From Vezdaea acicularis (lineage: Eukaryota): a stretch of DNA of 64,000 nt. Every line of letters starts with the position of its first letter. The stretch's first letter is position 1. This document shows, one piece after another, positions 49,801-62,595 of the stretch. Made by a program: the position numbers and the translations under genes. The DNA lies in contig JAPEUI010000016.1 of NCBI GenBank assembly GCA_026025075.1, positions 1 to 64,000 of the forward strand. The letters run 5' to 3'. The notes under the pieces were generated by a model. The model was not told where the DNA came from. It ran no database searches and worked only from the letters and a program-made list of their open reading frames with translations.

Positions 49801-51029
49801 CGCGATCCATCTTTGATTAAAGAAAGCTGGTTGCTAAAAATCGTGAAGATTCCGCGTCGCGTTCTACAAATCAAAGCGATAACCTCAGCAATCTTCCAAC
49901 CTCAGAAATAAACTTGAGAGGCAATGACCCAAGAGCAGTGCTGAGTGACTGTGCTCGTAAAGTAAAGCAGCCGAGGGTTTCAAGGTGCATGATCCGCAGG
50001 GTAAGAGCGCCTGCGTGAGGCTAGAAGGTGGGACAAGAAAGCGATTTACACCCCTAGACTAAAAGAAAAGAAGCTCTCATTTAAAGAACTGAGAGAACAG
50101 AGAAAACTAGTGGAGTAGTCTCGACAGATAGGCTATGCTACAGAGTGCGTGAAGAAGGTCAATAGAGTGGAGGGGAGAAGACGAGCGAAAGAGGACGGAG
50201 AGAACACAAGATGTGCGAGTGAAAGTTCAAGAACCTTCGCCAAGCGAAAAAAGTAGTCACAGGACTTACCCTTGATGACTTGGTTTCCCGTGACTAGATG
50301 CCGACAAGGCGGGCTCTCCCATGCTGACTTTGCCTTTAGTTCAAGTAGACCATGCTTGCTCAGAGCAATTGTGACCACACTACTCTGAAACGCAATTGCG
50401 CCACTTTCCCAAGAAAGAGAAGACTCTGACTTCCCACTCTGATCATTTAGATCCAACCTGTCGAGCCGGCCTGCCGCTTTTGTCCGCTCTTGATGTGCTG
50501 CCTCAGATGCGTCTCCCAATCCCGCTCTCTTTTGAGACTCATCTCTCAATAGATGATTCGGCCCCCACTCCCTATCAAATGAGGATAATTCTGTCCAATT
50601 GGCGGGTGTTCCAAACCTCAAAGAGGGAGATCTTTTCCTTTTAGTCCCGAGTGAATTGTCGAAGCCAGGAAACCATACTTTCAATTCTTCAGCAACAGAT
50701 CTATTCCTCACTGTTATTATCCCGCCCGGAGCAAACGTTCCCTTAGAAATATCGTCATCTACCTCGCTCAGATCCAAGTTATCACTATCTTGCAAGCCTG
50801 GGGACATCGAGAGAGAACTCAATAAAGAATCAGAATCAGGGGGTAGATTCCATGAAGTGCTCAGGTGATTAGATTCAATAGCTTTGGTGCAAAGCTCACT
50901 GCTATATAACTTAGCGCTAATGGGAGAATCAATTTCGAGCTCATATCCGGCGTATGGTGCACTGGGCTGAGATACGTCCGTTTGTGAGGTCTTCTTGGTC
51001 CGGGGATCAGTGGCATTTTGTGTCTCCAT
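46847..51029 (-). CDS. Fungal AlkB-like 2OG-Fe(II) dioxygenase with Cys-rich region and long disordered N-terminus (5' end uncertain)
   Basis: C-terminal FNELL..GYM, YHDDGE (HxD), HGDIMVMHG..QKHYEH and RFALTCR; CxxC...WMC and C..CGRC..R..W.GWKC clusters; P.VWAD..QALCE upstream. Whether ORF 50133-51029 belongs to this gene is unresolved. Confidence 0.7.
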
Positions 51030-52980
51030 GATGATTACTTCCAGGTGCGTTGAGCTTCTCGATAGGTTATAGCAAACTGTGCGCAGATCGTATAGATGCT
51101 AATCCCTTGAGGATTGTCTTTGTTTCCTGGGACTCGGGATGGGTAGATCATTTGCTTGGAGCAGCAAACAAGGTCTTCTTCTTCGACTGCACTGTATTGA
51201 AGGGCTCTTGACCGGCTCTTGACATTTTCGATACGGTTCGCTAGTGGTACGGGTTTGGTAGACAGGTTATTTTACAGGTCTAACTCTGGGTTATCCTTCG
51301 CATTCCTCGATGCTGAAAGGTCCAGTCTTAATGGATACGAAAAGGCTCGATGCTGCTCTACACAATAGCTTACTACGTAATATACTCTTCAAAGCATACC
51401 CGAAAGGTCCCTCGTTTCTACCGGGATGTGTTGTACGAAGCGAGTAGCGGGGCAGCCAATGAGACCAAAGGGCAAAAGCAGGCCATGAAGATTGCATAGG
51501 GGAATCTTCATGTCTAAAAGAGGAGCAGCACTACGAATTGAAACCAGTATGTAAATGTTTGCCTCGGCTAGCTCGAGTTGATCTCGAGCTGCGCCAGGGA
51601 CAACTCCGACATAGTCGCAGTTACGCTCACTCGTAGCACGAAACCTAGAATTAATGAAAAGGATGCTCCGGTCGGCCAAGGCTTATCGTTACTTGGAGTC
51701 TCTCCAAGGCCAACACTGTTGAGGGGGCCGTCTTATCATTTTCCGGGAAGAGCAAGCATTCGTGAGCAGTGGTGAGAGCGAGTTGAACAGCATCTGGGAA
51801 GGAAAATGTTTTTGGGGGAAGTTCGGGGTTCGTTGTTGTGAAAGCGCGATCATTCTAGCCAATCACGGCACGATCTCGCCGCGAACCTAGCTAGAAATCA
51901 AGCTTCTGGCCGAAATTTGCGAACGAAGGGGAAATCGTTAGAAAGCTGTTACCTGCTCCATCGTAGCATATACAACTTTGATATTAGAGTTAAGCCTGGG
52001 GTGTCATGAAACCCACCATTGATTCTGATCCCGGACTCGGTCCTCAGCCTTGGTAGGAGTCTCGTCCAGGCTACGGTAAAGGCCAAGGACTCTAAGCCCT
52101 CCGAGTGAATTGATCTCTGCTACTGTATATCGTGCGTATAATCTTAAGCTATCTTGTTACAGTGCAACATGTGCATGGCCAATGCACATCAATTTCCTAT
52201 TTCTAGTTTTCCAATTCTAGGATCCAACGTTATGATGAGTCCCGTTCATAGCGACCCCCAAGTCATACGGAAATGGGGGGTGGATAGATCGAATCAGCCT
52301 AGCACTAAATATGAGAGCGTGTCTTGATTTGGATCGAGGGCACAATATCTGTACTTTGGCATCCTTCGAAAGACCATGAGCTCTACGAGGCTGGACGATG
52401 GTCAAAATTTTCATCGGAAATCATTTTGACTACCACCAAGATTCGAACACACGACCTTTAATCAAGATAGAACCTTTGGTACGACTCTCCACGTACTCCC
52501 CTGTCAAGAACTTATCCACCACGCCTAGCAACTCTTATTTGGGCTACCCTTTACGACTTTGACAAGGTCAAAAAGATGACAAAAAACGTGGCTCATTGAG
52601 CAGTTACCAGCCGCGGAGCGCGGCAGTGGGGGATATGCTACCAGAAACCCGTTGGGGCCCCTTCGGGAACGGAGCAATTCAACTTCCAGTGGTTCTGACA
52701 TTGCAACTGATAACCAACTCGGCCACACGCCTCCCCAAGCATTCGCACATTTGTCTGCCAAATAGAATTATAACCCACGAAAATTGGCTTCACCAGATTA
52801 GGTTTACCACTCAATCAACACCTGCGCCAAATTGACGGACACTCTCACAATGCAAGACATGATGTTGTGCTCTCTATATGAATTGATCGCACGCCTTTTG
52901 CAAATCTACAATATCGTAGCTTCGCAGCCCATTTTCATTCTGCCAAGCTGCTGCAACAATGCATCTCACGTCCTTAAAAA

Positions 52981-54629
52981 TCATTGCACCTTCTTCGCCT
53001 TACCCTTCCTGTCCTCCTCGCTGGGTTCGCAATAAAGCCAAATGCCCACAAAGCTGATCCACGCCACCACCGTCGTCCACACGCCTGCAATCCACGGCCA
53101 CGCTCCACTGATCGCCCAACTCCGCGGCCACTCATCGTGCGCGAAATGCCTTACTGTCACCGTGTGTTTCTCGTCTACAGTGGTAAGGAACGGCCGCTTG
53201 TAATTGACACGGAAATTGAAGATACCGTGCTGGTCAGGTAGCCTGAACTCCGCGCTGTAAGAGGTGGAATTTGCAGAGGAGCTGGGGAGGGGTTTTAGAG
53301 GCAGTCGATGGAAGGGCGACAACATGCTGAACTCCAGTTGCAGCTCGTCCTCGCCTGAAGGCGTGAATGGTGACCAGTGGGTCTTCATGTACTCGGAGAG
53401 CTCGATCGTAAAGATCTAGAGGTTACAGTCAATTAGAGATTCGTAGAGAGAAGCTGGATTGACAGTGATTGACATACCACGTCGTTCTTGATCCTGTACA
53501 TCGTAGGGTTCTTTACTGGGCCGCTTAATGTCACATTGCCTTTACTTTCATTGCCACTTTGTACGAGATTATGCTGCACCCTTCCTACCTTCAAGACGCC
53601 AAGTTCCATGAAAGTCCATTGACTAATCTGCTTTGCGAACTCGCGATTCGCCGCCTTCGTCTTCTTCGCATTCTTCCCAGCTCCGTCCACGCCTGTGCTT
53701 TGCTTCACACTAGTATCGAACCATGTATTCTCGAGCATTTCTGCGGACCCTAGAATAGTGAACCGTGCAGAGTTCCTCGCCTGCATCACTGATATAAGGC
53801 TGAGCTGCGACCCAGCAGCGAATGGATCTTCTGAGCTCTCTGGCTCGTCTTTGGGGTTATACGCATATGCGGTTGAGGGTGCTCGGAGCACCGGCGTCAG
53901 CAACGGGCTTGCGTTTCCAAGCAGATGGCCTACGCCTCTAGGGAAGGCAATGAGGTCTCCGTTAGCACCTGCGAAGAAGTTTTTGACCCCTGAGCGGAAA
54001 GACGTCGGACGAGGTAAGAGCACGACATCGTGCTTCTCAGCGGCAGATAATGTGTCATAGTTGAAGTGGTCCACAACGATTGAAGTACGGTCTGCAGGGA
54101 GTTGGATGTCAAGTTCGAGGAGGAGAGATGAGATCGCTGAGGGCGTGGGGGATGTGGAGGAGAGCGTTAATAGGATGTTCCCTTGCGCATTGAGGAAGTC
54201 AAGAAGTATATTCGGAGCCAGGGCTGGCCCAAGACCTATGGCCCATGGTTAGCAGATTGTTATCTTGGTTGACGACGTAAGAGGCAGACCTTTGGACTTA
54301 GGTGGGAGAAGTATAAGGTGGTCATAAGCTCGAGCTCCGTGCTTGAAAAGGGAGAGCTTTTCATTCTTGGGGGACTCGAAGGTGATTTTGTAGCCACGGT
54401 CTGCCAGATATCCGTTAGCTTATGCGCAGAAAGTGGGACGCAGTGTATGTCGCTGCAAGGCCAGAATCGCCCCCTAGACTCTCATACCTTCCAGGTCTCC
54501 CCAGAATTTTGAGAAGCGCGACTTTTCCCCCAATTCCTCTAATACCACTAGAAGCCTATCCCCTGAAGTGCTGACAGCCTGCACCAGTCCCAGTAAGGCT
54601 GCTACTACGAGCGTGAATAGCCAACGCAT
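52981..54629 (-). CDS. WBP1: Oligosaccharyltransferase subunit Wbp1/OST48
   Basis: Signal peptide MRWLFTLVVAALL; QARNSARF, QLEFSMLSPF and LPDQHGIFNF motifs; C-terminal TM helix with KKVQ di-lysine end. Confidence 0.95.
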
Positions 54630-54728
54630 CTTTACTGTGGTTGAAGCCGAGTTTCCACTCTGCCTCCATTCGCCAGCTTCCTGCCTCGCAAGGTGTCCAG
54701 AACTTCTCCGACGTCTCGGCCTCCCTAC

Positions 54729-54738
54729 ATCACGTGAT
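54729..54738. promoter_or_regulatory. ATCACGTGAT palindrome (E-box/bHLH-type site) in the ~300-bp divergent promoter
   Basis: Perfect 10-bp palindrome between WBP1 ATG (54629) and the complex I subunit ATG (54930). Confidence 0.35.
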
Positions 54739-54929
54739 CAAAACCCTTGGGCCAATTGTACCAAGTCGAAGCTTGTCAAGCTTCAAATTAGTACCTCTAG
54801 AATCCCTTTCGACCAACCCTCCGGCTTCGAAGTTGAGAGCTGATATAGTCACTCACTAACGGCTCGGTATTGAACAAATTCCATGCGCTAGCTCTCTCCT
54901 TAGACTCGAAGTCTCCTTCAGCCTCCGCA

Positions 54930-55215
54930 ATGGCAACCTCAATTCCTCGATTCTTCTCACAGCCACTTCGCTACATACGTTGGGCATCACACGAAAAGCC
55001 TGCTATATTTTATTCGGTTGTCATTGGATGCATTGGCCCCATCATGGTGCCAATAGTTCCACCCGTTAGGGCAAGATTCGGCGATGGGCCAATAGAGCCA
55101 ATTCCATTAACATATCCAAGTAAGTGAGAAGAGGGGAAAGCTTCGTTGCATGTGGCTAATCAATCAAGTACCGCCGGGACCACGAAAAATACCAGAAGGA
55201 TTTGATGATTCTTAG
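54930..55215 (+). CDS. NADH:ubiquinone oxidoreductase 9.5 kDa subunit
   Basis: PRFFSQPLRYIRWASHEKPAIFYS...IPLTYP, one intron, then IPPGPRKIPEGFDDS*. Confidence 0.9.
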
Positions 55216-55837
55216 CCGTAAGGGAGCAAACATGGTTATTTGATAGGTACCGACGGAGTAGGACTACTACCACCCCGGCAATGCGAACTAGGATCGTCGT
55301 GTGATAGATCAAAGCGCTTTTCACAACGATCTCAAGCATGATTGACCCTCTGGTATCCATCATGTTTGTGCGGTACATCGTGCCTGGGATTGAAGACCTT
55401 GAGCCAAGTGGAAAATGGATTGAAGCCTACGTAACCATTTGGATTTTCAAGTCGAGCAATGTCCAAGGCATCACCTCATCTATCAAGCAATTCAAACAGC
55501 GATGTTTACTTTGCATTTTCGTCACAATCATGCTCGCCACTCTTGCTTAGTCCTCTGATCTCACTAGAAAGACATCTGTACTTCTTTCTTCTTGCCACTT
55601 ATATAATGTCATAACGTACCATACATTGTCGACCGCAACTAGTCTAAACTTTTACACATGCCCAATATAGTTCTCTCCATCAATTTGTAGTCCGATCAAA
55701 CACTATTATTCTGACGACTTTCCAACAGGACAACTTCATTCTCCTTGACATGCCCTTCGGGTACCTAACCCAAAGACTAGATACTGGAAAACGAGCCATA
55801 GACCAGAGTAGCTATCGTCAAGATCCGACTGGATGAC

Positions 55838-57846
55838 CTATGGTTCATACTCATCGTCATCATCCATATCTCGCCTGGACTTCGACTTAGATATCTCGCG
55901 CCAGTCTTCCATTGCGCCCTCGGTCAGCTCCTCTGGAGCCTCGCTTTCCACTTCTAGGACGTACCATGGCAAGTCGGACTTCTCAATATTCATGAAGGTA
56001 AGGTACGGGAGTGGCTTGTGCGCTTCGTCGAGCATGGTGTTATCATGAAGGACCACTTCCACCCACTTCGCTATCTCGTACTTGAACATCTGGAGGTGGC
56101 CCCACAGACAGGCTTTCCCCTTACTGGTCATCGGAAAGTACGTGTGAAAGTCAGTCAAGCTATCGCGGCCAAGGTACGCTGATCCCCCAGCTTCGATCCT
56201 GCGGTACAGAGCGCATCCACCGTCTTCGCCATGTCTCCCACGACCTTCCACGATCTCCTGGGCAAACCAATGACGAAAGAGGCAGACGCACATCCAGTCA
56301 TAGATGTCTTTACCATACTCTCCACGACCAATCTCTTGATCAAGGCTTTTCGGCATCGAAGCTTTGTAATGCCCGAGCATGCGAATATCAACGGCGTCCT
56401 TGATCATGTTGGCCTCGCTAAACTTGCGCTCAACAAGTTCGCGAATTTCTCTCTTCATATTCACTACAGCCGTCTCTTTGATAGCACCCCATTGTCCAAC
56501 AACATGGACGACAGCTTCACGGAAAATCTTTTCAGACTTAATACGGAACCCCAAGTCAGCCCATCCAATACAATTAGCAGCTATGGACTCATAGATGGCC
56601 TGATGATGACGAAGAAGTTCAAGCTCAACGCTCTGTACAACAATGTGAACAGCTTTGAAAGACTCTGCAAGTTCGACCAATTGGAACAAGTCTGAAAGAA
56701 TCGCTGCGATGCCGCCACTGAGAGCCAAGGGCACGGTGTACAGTGCTCGGAAGAAGTTGTCGTACTTTCTATCAGAAGCATTCATGTCGCCCTTCCCTCT
56801 TGGAAGGTGGTCCAGAAGACTGGTAGGAAGGGAAGAGGTTTTCTTCTTGCTGTTCTACGAGTGAGAACAGTACGTCAGTACTTGAGATGATTGGACAGAT
56901 TGAAGCGATTTAGATCACACCAATCGCTTTAAGCCCTTTGGCCGAGACAGTGGAAGGAGAAACTCACATTGACAATGAATTGCTTCTCCTCAGCAAATCC
57001 CCGGGAATTGACTAGATAGACGAACCATTTGACAGTGAACCCCTCTTGAACCATAGCTTTGGTCAGATGCTTGGCATTCTCCGCAGTGAGAAGATCAACG
57101 AAGGCTGGTATGGCGCGCTTCAAGGTGACTGAATGCAATTTGTAAGTCGCAGCAGCCGAGAGCACAATACTAACATCTCCATCAGGGTAGCTTGGGAATG
57201 CTTGGTCTTTGGTGATGGTACTGGCTGCTTTGATGAGTGGAGCAGCCTGAGCATTGGTCTTCAAAACCTTCTTAGGACGAGCATTTTCAACATCTTCGCC
57301 ATCATCCTCATCCTCATCGTCAACGTCAACGTCATCATCAGAGATGCTGAGAATTGTCTGAACCACTCTAGGAGCCTTAGAAGTGGAATTCAAAGTGTCT
57401 AAATAGGAAGGACCACTGTCCGCGATCCGTTTGGTCGATATGGTGATTGGTGCAGCCTGAGCAACAAACCTCGAAGCCCCAGAAGTACGAGGCCGCAGGA
57501 GTTTTTTGACATTCACTGGTTGGGCGCTACCGTAGTCGCATGACTCTACGTCACGACCTCTTTTAAGGAGTTTGGTAGTGCGCCCTTGGGAATTTTTGTC
57601 AGCTTGGTACCCTTCACTATCGGCATGATCTTCGACGTTGCCTCCAGGGATTTCTAGAGCTTTCACTCGTTCGTTCCTCTTGCCCATAGGTGTTGAGGTA
57701 GCCTCTACAATAGGTGAGCCAGGAAAGTGAAGGCGTGCCTGATCACTGCTGAGAGACTGGCCAAGATTAGGTGTTAGAAGACTTCGGATATGGTCGGGCA
57801 ATAAGGAGGTCGCCCTTCCCTCAACTGGTGGAAATTTTTTTCCCAT
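55838..57846 (-). CDS. Hypothetical protein with BTB/POZ-like segment
   Basis: Two long ORFs (56929-57846, 55838-56785) joinable by an intron near 56970-56870. DGDVSIVLS...YKLHS..L and FREAVVHVVG motifs are typical of fungal BTB-like proteins. Confidence 0.65.
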
Positions 57847-60385
57847 GAGGAGCTTTTCCGTAGGAATTTAACTCAAGTAATCGGAGGTATTCAGTTGTGT
57901 AGAAGTAGTGTGTCAGAAAACCCGGGGAACGTGAGGTGAAATGAAGGTATTGGGTGGGTGGAACGTGGCGACAGCCGTATGAAAAATCTTGCTTTAATGT
58001 TTAGAGGAATAGTGCGGGGCCTGTGTCCTAGACGTTTGTACAATAGGAAAAGGTGTGGGAAGGGAGAGAAGAAAGTTGAAGGTATGGCGGTCGCCGCGGT
58101 TAATTTATTTTAGGGCAGTGAACGAGCTTCTGATCAATGAATGCACGAATAATATCCGCCAACGAGTACTCTCAAGATACCTCACAGGTGTAAACCATGA
58201 GGCTGCATGTACTCAATTTCCAGCGGCAAGTGATGCTTGAGATTTTGTCATAAGGTAAGAAAACCCTTTGTGCGTCCGCTAGCCAAGGGGGCAGTGTTTC
58301 CCTTACCCAACCCTGCTCATGTTCCATTCCATGGCATTCGCAGGCTGAGTTCACCTCCGCATGCTGACTGAGTGGCGGCGGCTACTGAGGATATTCCCAA
58401 CCCTCACCACCCGTTTTGTGGCGATCATCAGGTCCGTCACATCGCTCTCACCACTCGGAAACTTGACGTTTACCGGCTACGTACTATCTGTCTTGACAAC
58501 CCAGTAAGGGCTGGAGACTTTACTGCCCTTGAGGCTTGCTATAACCTCATCGGACTCTTGTGTGTCCCTCCGGTACACGGAGATCTCCTCATTCGATTCG
58601 CACTGCTAACATGCTTTCTTTCAGATTATGCACCCTTGAATAATCCGAAGTAAAGGTTCAAACAAAGGTAGCTTTTCCCCCGTTGAGACTTTTTCCCGCA
58701 TCAGGATGTTGGAAATGAGGTCCAGGAAAGATATCAAAAACAGGTTTTCACAGAACGACTCCACACCACGTTCTGTGCCAGCCACTTAAGTAGGAAATTA
58801 TAGCCACAAACTTGAGCATTTTTGTGATACAATCATGCCACTTTAGCCCACGCGCACTTGTCAAAAGGAGCAAAAAAGACGGTCCAGGTTCCTAGATGGG
58901 GATAGAACTAGGAAAGGGGAGGTATTTCGTTCTCTAACCCAAGCAGAGATAGAAGCAATCCCTCTTGAGCTCTCCTAGCTGTAAAAGTGTTCCAGTCTCC
59001 TGACTATTCCACTCCTACGCTCCTTCACCCGTAAGAAAGTAAGATACGGCCGTTAGTGGGCATGCTAACAGAAAACCAGAGAACGAGAAACGAGAAGAGA
59101 ACGTGAAGCGCTAAACCAGGCTAGCAAATGCGGAACAATCGGGTATCCCTCAAGCTTTTCGCGGTGCAAATCAATTGATGGGCAGAACGTTAGTCTGTCA
59201 GCCAGCCAGCCAAACGAGACTTAACTTTTGCAGCTAGACCGCGACCACAAAAAATCACGGGGCCTTAGCAAGCGGCCAGGATACGTAGGCCGATCAAGGG
59301 GAAAATTACATGGACTTTTATTGCACTTCGTCCATTTTGAAGCTGAGTTCCTAGCATAGAGAATCGCAATGTTCGTATTTTGATCAGTCTCAAACCTGGT
59401 GTGGACGCTTCTCCCGAGGGCCAGCGGGCTGATCTGATGATCTGCATCCTGCAGAATCGTGGAGGGTGGCAGACCCAACCCATCTAACGTGCATGGGTCG
59501 GATTAAGGCTGCATGAGATGTGCGCCACGGCGCTGCGAGGGAAATTTCCGCTGAGAAATGGTACCTCAGGAGCTACAAATCCATAACTACAGCAGTCCGG
59601 CCATACACTGAAGGTGGAGCAGAAAAAGGTGAGTCAAGCGGACAAGCAGTCGCCGATGAGGTTGAGTCAGGGAGCGCCCCGTCCAACAGCCTTAACTCCT
59701 CGCCGGGGGAGGCTAAAGTCCAGGCCGCTAACAGGCCGCTATCGCCAAACTGCGGCTGACGATAACTTCCCTTCAAGTTACTTCAATGCCCGAGCAACCT
59801 TGGGCCGCTGGAAATGGGGCAAATCAAGGCAGCGTGGCTTTGACATTGTAAATGAGGCCCTGAGCGAGTAATTGTCACCTTGAAATCACCATTGCGCTCC
59901 TCAACATTCGCGGCTCCAAACTGAGGAATATCGGGGAGTCTGACACACCCCGAGATGGAATATTGATTCTAGCTTGCTGTCGATGATATTGCGTACACGT
60001 CGAGCGAGAAACATTCTAAAAACAATAGCGCCTATCCGCTATGCCCAGCAGTAAGCCATCTATGAATGCCTCGCTGAAGAAAGACAAAAGAGAAAACGCC
60101 TGCAATCTAAACATCAGAGCATAAGGAAACAAGTGCTATGAATACCAACAACCGCAGCCTCTGAAAGCCTAGCCAATATATCTACGAAGACGGTTCACAT
60201 TCATCAAACGCTGGTGCCATCTGACCAAGTTCATGCTTTGAACATCAATAGATTTCCGGCAAAGGGGGGGAGATATGCAACTACATAAAGAATTGTCAGT
60301 CTCCGTTCACCGCCAATGGAAAGCCTAGGGCAAGTAATTCACCTTGACAGTGCCCTTCGCAGAAGTGCAAGTACCATAATCACCC

Positions 60386-60814
60386 TTAATAAGTACTGCA
60401 GCGCTTGCAAAAGTGATGACCGCAGTCCAAGCACGTCACAACGAGTGTTAGAGAGTTGTGCTCACAGCCACATACGTGGCAGATCCACATCGGGTCGTCG
60501 GGCTCTTGAGGGTGCTCCGGCCTACTTGGTCGACTTTGGGCTCTTGCAGATGATTGCCCGTCGTACCTCACTACTAGACATTCTGCTTGAGGTGGCAGTA
60601 ACTCGGGTGGCTGATGGAAAGGCTTGCCGAAGGGAGGTTGTTCAGGGTGTGCTCCCTGACGGGAGGTCTGGAGAGCGAAGCTTGCAGGGTGTGCCCGGTA
60701 ATGGCAGTATTCGCAAGGAACATGGCTGCACCTTTGACAGGCTTTGTCGAATTTGACGCTGTTCTCGACATCATCGTTACAGCACCTCCAGGAGGTGGCT
60801 TTGACTTTGGGCAT
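60386..60814 (-). CDS. Small Cys-rich putative zinc-ribbon protein
   Basis: WRCC...CQRCSHVPCEYC and WICHVCG...CLDCGHHFCKRC repeats. Confidence 0.6.
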   Translation of the reverse strand: MPKVKATSWRCCNDDVENSVKFDKACQRCSHVPCEYCHYRAHPASFALQTSRQGAHPEQPPFGKPFHQPPELLPPQAECLVVRYDGQSSARAQSRPSRPEHPQEPDDPMWICHVCGCEHNSLTLVVTCLDCGHHFCKRCSTY

Positions 60815-62595
60815 CTTAAAGTAATGAATTAGGGATGTTGAGCAACAGCGTCGAGGACTATGGCCCTTTTATGTGTCGGTCGATCGATGTGAGGCGCGGA
60901 AAGGCGGTATGCCCTGAAAGAAGATTAAATCCAACCATCCTTCCATCCGGTGTGTAAAAGGGGGGCTTGCGGTCGCAGCGATGCCTCAAAGGGCCTTGAG
61001 GCCAGCTCGCAGTAGCCCAACCAATAGAGAAATTGGTGCCATACTTTGTAGCCGGCGCTTTTGTCAAGCACAGTTGATTTCTCCTAACTAGACGAGCTGA
61101 GGCTGCGAAGGTTAATTGGAACCACCGGAGAGGTAGACAAACCGGCCAGTCGAGGCAGGGGTAGACACATATCCAAGGCGAGATTTTTAGAGCAAAAATG
61201 CGAGTTTGAGAAATAGTACCGTCTATAACGAAAGGAATGAGACGGTGAAAAGGCTTGCATTGGTCTTCAGTACCAGGAAGTAAGGAAGGGGTACATTAGA
61301 AGAGGCTCCGGCTAAACACGCCTTTTTTATAAGGCCGGAAGGGCGCAGCTGTCTTGTCCGGGACAAAGTACAGTCGGAACCTCAAGGCGGCTTGCAGGCC
61401 GTCAGTATCGTGTATGGATTAGGCCTGAAGGTGCAGCGCCCGGCTCGAAGGGCCTCTCTTCACAGTCAGAGCCACATCTGCCCAATACCAAGGCCGCCCT
61501 TTACGGAGAACCGATTGCTTGGAACGCTCTAAAATGCTGTTACAGCCCGCTCGCCTCGCGGTATTGGGATGGTCTTGGTAGGGCTGCGCTCTTGTCCTTT
61601 GAGGCCCTCAGGAGGGACCGCTAGGTTGCGCAAGGATGTAATACCAAATATTCATATTGTCTCGCTCTCGGGACGGACTATGATGAAGCTTGGGGAGGTG
61701 GAGTGAGGTCTCTTTATAGCTTCAACCTCCACACCCTTTGACCAAGGCTCTTGCGTCAGCATTAAGAAGTCAAGCTGTTCCCGTCATCTTCAATGCATCG
61801 TGACCAATCTAAGCACAGCACGATGGGATTCGTTACTCGGCTAGAAGAATCGGCTTCTGCGTTGAAAGAGAATGTCGCAGTCCCCAATGAGTTGCGGACG
61901 TGCTCCTGCACTGAAATCCCCATAGAAGTCGGGCGAGGAAAGTCGGAAATTGCCTGCATTAGTGCGCTTTAGGACGTGTAGCTAAGTCTCGCTATTGGTC
62001 TTAGGAACGAGATGATGCTTTTGACCGTGCCTTCAAGCGCGGCCATCTGATGTGCTCAGCCGGAGTGCAGAGCCGCGAGGCTGTCAATGAGGCTCAAGTG
62101 GCATAGCCCCTTCCGGTGCTGACTGAGGTATGATGTTTCCACTCAGCCAGCAAAGCCCTACAAATCCCTAATCTTTGATACAGTAGCTTGGCACTATCAG
62201 ATTTGTACAAATAAAAGGCTGATCAAGCTGTATGATGCACAACAGGTGATATTGAAATTCAGTCAGCCAGGCATTGCGCCTAAGAAAAGGGATGAGATAT
62301 ATAAGACCATAAAGGAGTATGAATAAAATTGATTAAGTCATCAAGTTATGAGTATCCGTAAGGACTCGATTTAGTCACGTGATATTGGAAACGCAGGGAA
62401 ACTCGTCATCGAAACCAAGCGAGATATGAATGCTCAACCTCTTTAACGACGAATACTTAGAGAAGCATGATGCCAATTTATCAAGAGATCGGTTGCCATA
62501 AGCCCAAGTCCACTTTATCGACGCCAGATACGGCGTGTGGAAGGCTGCGGTAATCACATCAGAAAATCTCCACCAATTCCGCCGAGATAGATACG

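Noticed and set aside
52700..52735. tRNA gene suggested by a D-loop-like TGGCCGAGTTGG
   Set aside because: No T-loop GTTCRA or anticodon arm; retained only as a generic structured-RNA candidate.
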